Shown: positions 20,121 to 29,770 of the stretch, in pieces
How the letters are laid out: every line of letters starts with the position of its first letter
Position numbering within the stretch: the stretch's first letter is position 1
Source of the DNA: an uncultured delta proteobacterium
GTDB taxonomy: Bacteria; Myxococcota_A; Polyangia; Polyangiales; Polyangiaceae
NCBI GenBank assembly: GCA_963850305.1
Contig: CAWKKR010000007.1
Span: 512,001-576,000, forward strand
Reading direction: 5' to 3'
Length of the DNA: 64,000 bases
Translations under genes and position numbers: made by a program
Notes under the pieces: model-generated
What the model saw: only the letters and a program-made list of their open reading frames with translations
Database searches by the model: none
What the model was told of the DNA's origin: nothing

Positions 20121-22239
20121 TTAGCGAAAATCTGCGAGCTTTGCCGTCAGGGCGGCTGAGCTACCCGTCCTTCGGTCCGAGTGGAACGTGTTCTGTCGCG
20201 CCTCGGTCGTTGCCTCGGCCGTTTGCACGGTGAAGCGTCGCGCGGGATCGCGCCGCTGCCCCGTGTAGCTTCCGTCGGTCGCTACAGACCCCGCGCACGC
20301 GCGGCAAGCGCCGCAGGGTGGGGTGTCGGTCTCACCGAGGAACTGCCGGAGGCGTGCCGTCTTGCACCCCGTGTACGAGGCGAGCCCGCCGACGTCGACC
20401 AGCCGGCGTGCATCGAGCGCGCGCACCGTGGCCAATCGCTCGGCGAGCGCCCGGAGCTCGCCGAGTACAACGTGGTTAGGCACGAGACGACGGAGCCATC
20501 CATCGCGATTCGAGACGAGACCCATCCCCTCAAGCAGGGCCGCCAGCGTCTCGACGCTCCTTCGGCTGGAGCGGGCCTTCGTGGCTAGCGACTCCGTCGT
20601 GACGACCTCGTCGTCCGAAGATTCTTCCAGTGCTCTTCCGAACATCAAGAGCTGTTCGCCCGTGGGCCGGGCGTCTTGGACTTCCGCTTCGAGAGCCAGG
20701 TGATCGCCCGGCGAGAAGAAGACCAGACCTTCGGCGGGTTTCCCGTCGCGTCCCAAGAGCGAGAGCTCGTCGGCGAGCTGTTCGAGCGACGTCGGGGGCG
20801 AAAGGCGTACCAGAGCTCGGATGTCCGCTTTCGTCGTCCTCCGGCCGTAGCGGAGCGGAACGCCTTCGGTGTCGTTCTCGCACGCCGCGGCGCCGATTGC
20901 GAAGGCGCTCGTCGCGACGAGGATCGCTCGCTCCCCGGGCATCGAAAATTGAATCTGCTCGCCGGCGCGGAGTCCCGTCTTCATTTCCTCGTGGTACCGG
21001 TGCGAGGGGAGCCCTCGTGCTCGGAAGGCTTCGTGGACGGTTTCGACCTCCCGGGGAGAGGTGCAGAAGACAATCAACGGCCGCGGCAACTGGCGCAACG
21101 CCTCCGCGAGGGCGCGGTGCCCGGCTTCACCTCGAATCCTTGAAGGCGAGCGACACGTTGGAGCGCACCCCGGGGCCTCCGAAGACGTCCGGTGGGTGAG
21201 GGAAAAGTGCGATGGAGATGTCGTGACAGACGACACTGGTCGCTCCAGGTGCGAGCGCGAACACGGGAGGCTTGCCGAGTCGCGCGAGATAGTCGCCGAG
21301 TCGCGCGTACGCCCCCGAAAAGGCGTGCGATGACGTGGCCGCGCGATGAGCCTCCAGGATCATCATGACGCCCAGCCCCACTCTGGCGAACGCCCGGAGA
21401 ACCTGAGTTCGAGAGAGAATTTCAGGCGTTGCGAAAACGACCTTCACCGCGCCGCTGCTGATTGCATCCAGGACGTGCGCCGCTGGTCCTTCGCCCTTGG
21501 CATCCTCCAGAAGGACCGTGGTGGCGCCCGTTCGTTCGACCTTCTCCTTCTGGTGCGCCAGCGTCGAAATGTCGGGCCCCACGATCACGGCGAGCTGCGG
21601 CAGAAGCAACGACGCCACGAGTCCCGCGAGTTCGTGATTTCCGCTCCGAAGCTCCGTCGAGAGGGTCGCGCGGCTTTCCAAGATCGAACGGACGACCTTT
21701 CCCATGGTCGCATCGAGGGGCGCCGACAGCTTTGCGGCGGTGTCGGTCACGTCTCGCCACCGCTGATCGGTGATCGAACCGCGGGGCATCGTCGGGGTCA
21801 TCAAGATCGATGAGAAAGGGGAGCTCGCGGGTGGAGCGCTCGGGGACGTGCTGACGCTATCTCGCGGCGGCAGTCGGCCGAGGCGAACTCCGGTGGCGAT
21901 GATGCGTGGCCCCCTGCCGGGCTTGGCTGGCTTTCGTGTCTGGACCGTGGCTCGCGCGCGGCTCGGCTTCGTCCTGCCACGTGCGATGAGGCCCCGGCGG
22001 CTTCCTCGAGGCACCGTCTTCGCGTTCAGGTGGGCCTTCAATTTCAGCTTTTTCGGCGGCTGCTTCACGGAAGGCTTCGGTTTCGGTTTCGGCTTGGGCC
22101 TGGGTTTCGGCTTCGGCTTCGGCTTGGGTGTCGCCCCTTTCCGTGCGTACCCGCTCATGGCCGGCGTCAGGCGCGGGCGGGCCTTTGGCTTCCCGCCTAC
22201 TGAACGCCCTTTGGCCAGTCTCTTCGCTCTCCTCCGCAA
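20121..22239 (-). CDS. Degenerate RecQ-like protein with K/P/R-rich N-terminus, split by a +1 frameshift near 21135
   Basis: TTG start preceded by GGAGG. RecQ-like segments VVFATPE, LEAH, IVFC, ILVATSAF and LGRDGKPA; C-terminal Zn motif C...CGACRAC. ORFs 21127..22239 and 20121..21236 join. Confidence 0.7.
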
Positions 22240-22637
22240 GTCAGTCGCCTCCGTCAGTCTTCAGAAAGGACCGAGATCCTTGTGGAAATGGATGATCTCC
22301 CGAATCCACATCCATATCATTTGGGCCCAAGCGACGTGAACGAAAAAACAGGGCATGTCCTTTCAGCCCGCGGGTGGGCCCATGGCCATCCAGGGGCATC
22401 AGTGTCGGAGCTGGTCCTGCCTCGGCTTCGATGCCGTTCTTTCCGCGAGCGGGCCACAGCGCTATCGCGGGCCCCCTCGAAATGAACTGGCGCTCCTGGG
22501 GCCAGATCGAAGGCCGAGGTTGCTTCGCAATGATCTCAATCGAGACATGCACGTTTCCGAGTCGTCATACAAAGGACACTTTTCCGGCAGACATTGCGCT
22601 CCCTTTTCGCAAACTCTTCAGCAGGAGCCAAAAAGTC

Positions 22638-24149
22638 TTGAAGACCCTCGCGTCATCCGTCGCTATGATCGTTTCGATCCTTGGGACCCCAGCGTTGGTA
22701 TTCGCGCAAGCCACGGTCGCTCCGCCAGGTGCGACGTCTCCGGCGGCGCCTGCCTCGGCGGATCCTGTTCCAGCGAGCCTCGTTCAGCCGGGTCCGTCGC
22801 AGACACCAGCAGGCCCGCCGATGGTCCCTGCGCCCGCATCAGTCGAGGGCGCCGCGGTCGCGCCGGTGTCAGGTTCGCCCGTGTCCGTGGGGGGACCGCC
22901 ATCGGTGCTTTCGAAGTTCAGCGCGCGGTTTTATGGGTTCGTCGAACTCGACGCCATCGAAGACTCTACGCAGAGCTTCAGCGAGCTCGCCGGCAATGGG
23001 CTCATTCAACGCGACAACTACGCCGCCGATCACGCGCGCACGACCTTCGGAGCTCGCAACTCGCGCCTCGGCTTCAAGATCGGGGGCCCCGGGAGCGATG
23101 AAGTGAAGACGAGCGGTATCGTCGAGATGGACTTCCTCGGAAACCAGCCCGGCAACCCTCCGTCCGTCAGCGAAGGATCCTATTTCACGAGTCCCACGTT
23201 TCGCATTCGGCACATGGCGCTCAAGGTGGAAACGCCAGTGATCGACATCCTCGCGGGCCAGTACTGGGAGCTATTCGGCTGGCAATCGTATTTCGATCCC
23301 AATACCGTCGAAATCCAGGGTCTGCCGGGGCAGGTGTACTCTCGCTCGCCGCAACTCCGGCTTTCTCACGTCTTCAAATCCGACGACGTGAACTTCGAAC
23401 TCGCCGCAGCTGCCTCACGTCCACCCCAGCGAGACTCCGGCGTCCCCGACGTTCAAGCGGGTTTGCGGGTACTGGCGAACCACTGGCAAGGGTTTCACAC
23501 GGCTGGAGGGACGGGCTCTTCGCTCGACGCGGCAGGGATCGGGCTGAGCGGTGTATTTCGGCACTTTGCCGTCGCCGAATTTTCCGCGGCTCCACGGGAC
23601 TCGGTCCAGAAGAACGGATGGGGTATTTCGATCGACGGGTTGATTCCAGTGATTCCCGCCACGAAGTCCGGCCACGCGAACGCGCTGACCTTGACGGGTT
23701 CGTTCGTGACGGGGAGCGGCATCTCGGATCTCTATACCGGTCTCACGGGTGGGATCGGGTTCCCGTCCCTTTCGAACCCGACCAAGGCCACGCCGGCGCC
23801 GACGTACACCGCCGACATCGACAACGGTCTCGTCACCTACGACAGTATAGGGAATCTCCACACGATCGATTGGCAGTCGTTCATCATCGGTGTCCAATAC
23901 TATCTGCCGATCGAAGAGGTCTGGCTCTCCGCGAACTATTCTCGGATGCACTCTGGGAACATCGCCTCCTACGGAGCCGATCCCTCGAAGGTCTTCACGG
24001 ATTCGAACTGGTATGATGGCAATCTGTTCTGGGACATGAACGGCTCCGCGCGGTTCGGACTGGAGTACGCCCACTTCCAGCAGAAGTACGCCGACGACAA
24101 GAGAGCGAACAATGATCGGGTCCAGCTTTCGGCCTTCTACATTTTCTGA
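22638..24149 (+). CDS. Outer-membrane beta-barrel/porin (DcaP-like)
   Basis: AGGAG plus TTG start; signal peptide; Pro-rich linker; FYGFVELD, RNSRLGFK, GIVEMDF, RSPQLR; C-terminal RVQLSAFYIF. Confidence 0.75.
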   Translation: MKTLASSVAMIVSILGTPALVFAQATVAPPGATSPAAPASADPVPASLVQPGPSQTPAGPPMVPAPASVEGAAVAPVSGSPVSVGGPPSVLSKFSARFYGFVELDAIEDSTQSFSELAGNGLIQRDNYAADHARTTFGARNSRLGFKIGGPGSDEVKTSGIVEMDFLGNQPGNPPSVSEGSYFTSPTFRIRHMALKVETPVIDILAGQYWELFGWQSYFDPNTVEIQGLPGQVYSRSPQLRLSHVFKSDDVNFELAAAASRPPQRDSGVPDVQAGLRVLANHWQGFHTAGGTGSSLDAAGIGLSGVFRHFAVAEFSAAPRDSVQKNGWGISIDGLIPVIPATKSGHANALTLTGSFVTGSGISDLYTGLTGGIGFPSLSNPTKATPAPTYTADIDNGLVTYDSIGNLHTIDWQSFIIGVQYYLPIEEVWLSANYSRMHSGNIASYGADPSKVFTDSNWYDGNLFWDMNGSARFGLEYAHFQQKYADDKRANNDRVQLSAFYIF

Positions 24150-24281
24150 CCGCTCGGATCAGGCCCTCCCAGACTCAGCGAACAGATGGGTCGACGCAAT
24201 CCGCACCGGAAATCGGATCGGTAGCTGGAGCGGGCGTTTCCGCGCGCATCGCCCAGCGCGCGGAGCGAAGCGCGGGGTCAC

Positions 24282-24361
24282 TTAGTTCCGCATCGACGAC
24301 ACCGTCGTCCCCGAAGAATCAACGAGCGGAACTACGCGAGCGCAGCGAGCCCGCCGAAGGC
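24282..24361 (+). repeat. Dispersed REPIN-like structured repeat, copy B
   Basis: TTAGTTCCGCATCGACGACACCGTCGTCCCCGAAGAATCAACGAGCGGAACTAC-GCGAG..GCCCGCCGAAGGC, between convergent genes. Confidence 0.75.
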
Positions 24362-24367
24362 CCCAAG

Positions 24368-25762
24368 TCATTCTGGCAACTCTGGATCTCGCGCGAGCCA
24401 TCTCGCCAGCGTCTTGTCATCGATTCCAAGAGTCCCGGCGGTGAGCAGCTTCCGATTCCCGAGTTGCCCGTAAGCCCATGCGACGTACCGGCGCTGCACT
24501 TCTCGCAGGGGCAGGACGCGTCCTGAGAATTCCGTCGACGCGCCCGCGCCGGCGCCGACCGTCGCCGGAAGGTCGGCTGGCGTGACCTCGGCCGAGCGCG
24601 CGAGAAGCACTACTCTCTCGATGACGTGCTCGAGTTCGCGAACGTTCCCTGGCCACGGATGCGATAGGAGACGGTCCATCGCTTCCTTCGCGATTCGCTC
24701 GACGCGCGACGACGGATTGTTCGAGTGCGACTTTCGAAGAAAGTGCTCCGCCAGGGCAGGGATGTCTTCGGTCCGGTGCCGCAGCGGCGGAATCTCCACG
24801 GTCAACACCTCAAGTCGATAGAGGAGGTCCTCGCGAAATGAGCCCTCGGCCACTCGGGTTCGGAGGTTTCGATGCGTGGCCGCGATGATGCGAGCATCCA
24901 CAGCGCGCTCCCGGCTCGAGCCAAGAGCCCGCACGACGCGTCGCTCCAGCACATCGAGCAACTTCATTTGCAAGGCTCCACTCAGCTCGCCGACCTCGTC
25001 CAGAAACAGCGTGCCGCGATCGGCTTCCTCGAACAACCCCTGTCGCGGCGACGTCGCCCCGGCGAATGCGCCCTGCGCGTGACCGAAAAGTTCGCTCTCC
25101 AGGAAGGTTTCGGGTAGGGCCGCGCAGTTGACCGTGACGAAGGGTCCTCCTGAGCGGCGCCCGGCAGCGTGAATCGCACGGGCCACTAGCCCCTTTCCAG
25201 TGCCGGTTTCTCCGAGGAGCAAGACGGGCGCCACCGCATCCGCAAAGCGTTCCGCGACGTCCAGCACCTCGCTCATCGCGCCGCTCGCCGCAACGATGCC
25301 CGCCCGCGAGAATCGCTCCGAGAAGGCACGCCGCAGCGCCGCAGCTTCACGCCGCACCCTCGATTCCTCGAGTGCACGCTCGAGAAAGAGCCCGAGCTCA
25401 GCCATTTTGAACGGCTTCGTTACGTAGTGGTACGCGCCTCGGCGGATCGATTCGACTGCGGAGTCCACGGCGCCATAAGCGGTCATGACAATCACGGGCC
25501 GCTCCGGTGCCGCTCGTTTCGAAAGCTCGAGGAGACCGAGCCCATCCACTTCTGGCATCCGCAGGTCGGTGATGAGGGCAGTGAAGTCCTCGAGCTCGAG
25601 GAGCTGGGCTGCTTTCGAGCTCGAGTCGGTGGCGCAGCCATCGTAGCCCCGCTCGGACAGAGATTCCGCGACCATTTCCGCCATCGCTAGATGATCGTCA
25701 ACGACGAGCACCCGCGATCGGCGGAGCCCCGAAGGTTTCTCGGGCGGCGCGTCGCTCTTCAT
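24368..25762 (-). CDS. Sigma-54-dependent response regulator (REC-AAA+-HTH, NtrC family)
   Basis: VLVVDD, ITDLRMP, GETGTGK, ESELFGH, GAFAGA, LFLDEVGEL, FREDLLYRL, WPGNVREL. Confidence 0.92.
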   Translation of the reverse strand: MKSDAPPEKPSGLRRSRVLVVDDHLAMAEMVAESLSERGYDGCATDSSSKAAQLLELEDFTALITDLRMPEVDGLGLLELSKRAAPERPVIVMTAYGAVDSAVESIRRGAYHYVTKPFKMAELGLFLERALEESRVRREAAALRRAFSERFSRAGIVAASGAMSEVLDVAERFADAVAPVLLLGETGTGKGLVARAIHAAGRRSGGPFVTVNCAALPETFLESELFGHAQGAFAGATSPRQGLFEEADRGTLFLDEVGELSGALQMKLLDVLERRVVRALGSSRERAVDARIIAATHRNLRTRVAEGSFREDLLYRLEVLTVEIPPLRHRTEDIPALAEHFLRKSHSNNPSSRVERIAKEAMDRLLSHPWPGNVRELEHVIERVVLLARSAEVTPADLPATVGAGAGASTEFSGRVLPLREVQRRYVAWAYGQLGNRKLLTAGTLGIDDKTLARWLARDPELPE

Positions 25763-27123
25763 GGTCCGGTCGCGATGGGTAGCTCGATGCTTGCCCGGGT
25801 GCCACTCGAAGCGTCGCCTTCGGATTTCGGTCCGATGACCAACGTTCCCCCGTGGCTCTTGGCAATTTCATTCGCGATGGCGAGCCCCAGCCCCGTTCCC
25901 TTCCCGGGGGGCTTCGTCGTGAAGAAGGGCTCGAGCGCGCGCGCGGCTGCTTCTTCGGTTATGCCCGAGCCGTCGTCGGTCACGACGAAGGATACGCGGC
26001 CTTCCGCCGCGCGCACCGCGAGCACGACGGTTCCTCCCGAGACGCAGGCGTCGCAGGCATTCAGGAGCAGGTTGATCAGAGCTTGCTCGAGGAGCGGAGT
26101 CTCGCAGGAGATGGCCGGAGTGCTCTCTTCCACGACGACTCTCAGATTCACCTTCGCCTTCGAAAACCGGTGTTCGACGAGAGCGATTGCCGCTCGCGCG
26201 ATGGCGCCAGGATGCACCCGATCCAGCGATGGCGCGTCGCCGCGCACGAGGTTCAGGAACCCTCGGACGACATGTCCGATCCGGGTGCCCTGCTCCACGA
26301 TGGTCTCGACGTGCTTCTTCGCGCGCTCGTCCACCATCTTCGGCAAGAGTTGCTCCGCGCGACCGAGAATGACACCCAGAGGTGTGGACACTTCATGAGC
26401 GATGCCGCTTGCCAGAGCCGTGAGCGTCCCGAGTTTGTCAATTTGGACGAGCTGCGCGTCGCGTTGACGGGCAAGCTCGGCGATCGCTAGGCGGCTCTCG
26501 AGCTCGAGTTCCTTTCGTTGTTTGCGAAGTGCGACGCCCCCGAAAGCGAGGACCAAGCCCGTCGCAACGAGGACGCTGAACAAGAGGCGCCGCTCGGCGC
26601 GGAGCTCTCGGTCCCGCTCGTGGGATGCAGTTGCTGCAACCACGACCGTCCAGCGCCCGCCCGGTCCGTCGAACGCGGACAGGCCGACGATCGCCGTTCG
26701 TTCCGGAAGCGCAAAGTTTGGCGCGTCCGTGCGCGCGAGACGCAGCGAGTCCAGACCCTGGGCGGCGGCCGCTTCGACGCGTGCGTCGCGAACGATGCGC
26801 CCGCCGATGGTCGACAATCCCGGCACCCCGCCCCGAATCAGCAACAGACGTCGGTTTGATGCCGACTCGATGCCGCCAACGCCGGCGAAGAGATCCTTGA
26901 CGCTCGGTTCGGGGGCGTCATTGTGGAGATCCGCGAGCCGACTCGAAACGACTGCGGCCACGCTCCTGGCGAGCGTCGCCTGTTCGCCGGCGAAGTCATT
27001 TAATGCAGCCGCGGACTCGCGACTCGCGTCCCACGAGGCAAGAACCGTCACGACCGCGATTGCGACGGCCATGGACGTTGCCAGAGGGAGCCTGCCAGTC
27101 CCGCCCGCGGTTCGCGTGAACAT
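25759..27123 (-). CDS. Membrane sensor histidine kinase
   Basis: Two TM helices; H-box GIAHEVSTPL; N-box NLLLNACDA; DDGSG, PFFTTK, GTGLGL. Confidence 0.9.
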   Translation of the reverse strand: MFTRTAGGTGRLPLATSMAVAIAVVTVLASWDASRESAAALNDFAGEQATLARSVAAVVSSRLADLHNDAPEPSVKDLFAGVGGIESASNRRLLLIRGGVPGLSTIGGRIVRDARVEAAAAQGLDSLRLARTDAPNFALPERTAIVGLSAFDGPGGRWTVVVAATASHERDRELRAERRLLFSVLVATGLVLAFGGVALRKQRKELELESRLAIAELARQRDAQLVQIDKLGTLTALASGIAHEVSTPLGVILGRAEQLLPKMVDERAKKHVETIVEQGTRIGHVVRGFLNLVRGDAPSLDRVHPGAIARAAIALVEHRFSKAKVNLRVVVEESTPAISCETPLLEQALINLLLNACDACVSGGTVVLAVRAAEGRVSFVVTDDGSGITEEAAARALEPFFTTKPPGKGTGLGLAIANEIAKSHGGTLVIGPKSEGDASSGTRASIELPIATGP

Positions 27124-27232
27124 TTCGATACGACAATTGCCTTTTCGCGCTAGGCAGGCCGCGCCGCAAGAGCCCCGCGGTCTTGAAAAGCCCATGGTCG
27201 TCCCCGGCGGATGGAGCGACCCTAGGGGGGAC

Positions 27233-28156
27233 GTGCCGGGTTTCTTCGACTTCACCATTAAGAGGGCTCTCGGTTGCTCGACCCTCGTCGTGTGCGCCTT
27301 GTCGACGCCGTTCGCGAATCCGACGCCAGCCGAGTCGGCGACCCTCGCCGCGGCTCGTCCCGCCGTGCGGCAAGGATCCTTCATTACCGACCACACGAAC
27401 GCTCCGAGTCGAGCTTCCCCGGACGGGGAAAGTTTCGCCCATGTCACGACTGTGGAAGCGCGAGTCGCGTCGGTCAACGACTTTGCTCGAGAGTTCGCGC
27501 CCGATGCCGTTCGCGTCGGCTCGGCGTCTCTGGGTAGCCCGAATCGCGGCTTCTTGGTGAACGGCGTTCAGATGCCCGACGGACCCTACTGGCGCGTGCT
27601 CGACCGGGACCGTGCGTGGGGAACCGCTGAGACCATAACGTCGCTCCTGAATGCGATCGGGCGTGTGCACGCAGCGTTCCCCGATTCACCCGCGCTCTAC
27701 GTCGGCAACATCTCCGCAGAGGATGGCGGCTATTTGAGGCCGCACCATAGCCACCAATCGGGACGCGACGCGGATCTCGGCTACTACTACTTCGAGGGAT
27801 CACGCTGGTACGCGCGCGTGAACGCCAGGAATCTCGATCGCCCACGAACATGGGCTCTCGTGAAGGCTCTCCTGTCGGATCCGAACGTCGAAGACTTGTT
27901 CATGGATCGCTTCGTTCAGAACCTACTCCGGAGCTATGCCAAGCAAGTGGGCGAGGACCCGGAGTTCGTGGCTGGCGCCTTCGATGGCGGACTTGGGCAG
28001 GAGAAGCGTGTGTTTCACGCGTGGGGACATCTCACTCACATGCACGTGCGTTTCCGCTGTCCGCGCGCCGTCGCGGCAGGCGTCGGGACCATCGGGGTTT
28101 CCCGCCAGTCGCGCACCGTCGTGCGGAGCGCTCATCGCCATGGACGACGAACGTGA
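27233..28156 (+). CDS. Penicillin-insensitive murein endopeptidase (MepA-like); start uncertain
   Basis: SLGSPNRGFLVNG, WGT, GNISAEDGG, HHSHQSGRDADLGYY, HLTHMHVRF. Confidence 0.8.
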   Translation: MPGFFDFTIKRALGCSTLVVCALSTPFANPTPAESATLAAARPAVRQGSFITDHTNAPSRASPDGESFAHVTTVEARVASVNDFAREFAPDAVRVGSASLGSPNRGFLVNGVQMPDGPYWRVLDRDRAWGTAETITSLLNAIGRVHAAFPDSPALYVGNISAEDGGYLRPHHSHQSGRDADLGYYYFEGSRWYARVNARNLDRPRTWALVKALLSDPNVEDLFMDRFVQNLLRSYAKQVGEDPEFVAGAFDGGLGQEKRVFHAWGHLTHMHVRFRCPRAVAAGVGTIGVSRQSRTVVRSAHRHGRRT

Positions 28157-28929
28157 AAAGCGTCGCCCATGCGCAGGTCTCCGCCGCGATCTCGGTGTTG
28201 CTCGTCGTGGCTTGCGGCTCCGGTGGCGGAGACGCGGCCGGGTCGAACGACCACGCGTCGTCAGGCGGCAGCACATCATCGGTTCCCGGTTCTGGAGGAG
28301 CGTCGCAGGCCGAATCATGCGATTCGGAGCCCGTGCACACGGGGCAAGCGACGTATTACTCGACCGCCGATGGTTCCGGGAATTGCAGCTTCGATCCGAC
28401 TCCTGACGATCTGATGGTGGGTGCCATGAACGCCGTGGACTACGCGGACTCGGCAGTGTGCGGCGGCTGCGCCCACATCGTCGGGCCGAGTGGGGACATC
28501 ACGATACGCATCGTCGACCAGTGTCCGGAATGCCCGCAAGGCAACATCGACTTGAGTCCCGAGGCCTTCGACGGAATCGCCCAGCGCTCGCTCGGGCGCG
28601 TCGCCATCCAGTGGACGTACGTCGCCTGCGCCGTCACCGGCGACGTCTCGTATCGTTTCAAGGAAGGCAGCAGCCAGTATTGGACCGCCGTACAGGTCCG
28701 AAATCATCGCTATCGCGTGGCGAAGTTCGAATACGAAAAGAGTGGTGCGTTCGTGAACGTGACCCGGCAAGACTACAACTACTTCGTCGAACCGAACGGC
28801 ATGGGACCCGGCCCGTACGCGTTCCGCGTGACGGATGTGTACGGGGCCGTCGTCACGGACACCGGGATTCCGCTCGAAGTCGCACAGGTCGTTCCCGGCT
28901 CGTCGCAGTTCCCCGTCTGTTCTCGGTAG
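28153..28929 (+). CDS. Expansin (EXLX1/YoaJ-like) lipoprotein
   Basis: Lipobox VVAC; GQATYY, GNCSF, CGGC, IVDQCPEC...IDLS (DPBB domain); KEGSSQYWTAVQVRNH, RQDYNYF (CBM63-like). Confidence 0.9.
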   Translation: MKSVAHAQVSAAISVLLVVACGSGGGDAAGSNDHASSGGSTSSVPGSGGASQAESCDSEPVHTGQATYYSTADGSGNCSFDPTPDDLMVGAMNAVDYADSAVCGGCAHIVGPSGDITIRIVDQCPECPQGNIDLSPEAFDGIAQRSLGRVAIQWTYVACAVTGDVSYRFKEGSSQYWTAVQVRNHRYRVAKFEYEKSGAFVNVTRQDYNYFVEPNGMGPGPYAFRVTDVYGAVVTDTGIPLEVAQVVPGSSQFPVCSR

Positions 28930-29075
28930 TCCCGCATCGACGAGCAGCGTCGTCCCCGAGGGATCAAAGAGGTGCGGAACTACGCAAGTGGAGCGAGCAC
29001 GCCGAAGGCGGCGGGGGAGCGGGCGCGGAGCGAGCCGCGGGGGTAAGGCTGGCAAGGACCCCCTTTCCTAGTAGC
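28926..29075 (+). repeat. Dispersed REPIN-like structured repeat, copy C
   Basis: GTAGTCCCGCATCGACGAGCAGCGTCGTCCCCGAGGGATCAAAGAGGTGCGGAACTAC plus tail; its TAG is the expansin stop codon. Confidence 0.8.
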
Positions 29076-29120
29076 CACGGGTCACTTGCCTCGGAGGCGC
29101 CCGCATTCCGCGCCTCTGGT

Positions 29121-29615
29121 TCACTTAGCGGCCAGAGCGCGGTCGACCGCGCTCGTCAGTTCCGCGTCGAGCGGTGCCGTCGACGGTGCGAATCGGCCCA
29201 GGACGCCGCCCCGTTTGTCGATCACGAATTTTTCGAAGTTCCACACGACGTCACCTTTGCCTTTCGGCGGCGCGTCTTCATTCGTCAGGAATCCGTAAAC
29301 CGCGGCCTGTTCCGCGCCAAGGACGTGGACTTTCGAGAACAAGGGAAATGAGACCCCGTATTGCGACTCGCAGAACGCCTTGATCTCCGCTTCCGTGCCG
29401 GGTTCTTGTGCGGCGAAGTCGTTGCAGGGAAACCCCACCACGCAAAATCCGCGGTCGCGATATTTGCGGTGGAGCTCCTCGAGAGCCGCGTATTGCGGCG
29501 TCAAGCCGCAGCGCGACGCCACGTTGACGACCAGTAGCACTCTCCCGGAAAAGTCGGAGAGTTTCTGCGCGTTGCCCTCGATCGTCGTCACCGTGAAATC
29601 GTGGAGAGTCGCCAT
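29121..29615 (-). CDS. Glutathione peroxidase (Cys-type)
   Basis: VNVASRCGLTPQY, GFPCNDF..QEPG, WNFEKF. Confidence 0.93.
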   Translation of the reverse strand: MATLHDFTVTTIEGNAQKLSDFSGRVLLVVNVASRCGLTPQYAALEELHRKYRDRGFCVVGFPCNDFAAQEPGTEAEIKAFCESQYGVSFPLFSKVHVLGAEQAAVYGFLTNEDAPPKGKGDVVWNFEKFVIDKRGGVLGRFAPSTAPLDAELTSAVDRALAAK

Positions 29616-29770
29616 GTGTGCAGCCTACCACCACTCACCGGGTCTCCGTCACGCCAGGTCTCCGTCACGACGCCCCGGATCCGGGCCAGAGGCTTCGTCG
29701 TTGGCTCTGCCCCGGTAGCTCGCCCTCGGCCTGTTTCCGCGAGACGATGTTTCGTGGTCAAGTCGCAGGA

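Noticed and set aside
12809..22239. Two helicase-like genes as an anti-phage defence island
   Set aside because: No nuclease, methylase, toxin or mobility genes nearby, and the composition matches the rest of the window.
29121..29615. Selenocysteine in glutathione peroxidase
   Set aside because: The active site is an ordinary Cys codon (SRCG) with no in-frame TGA.
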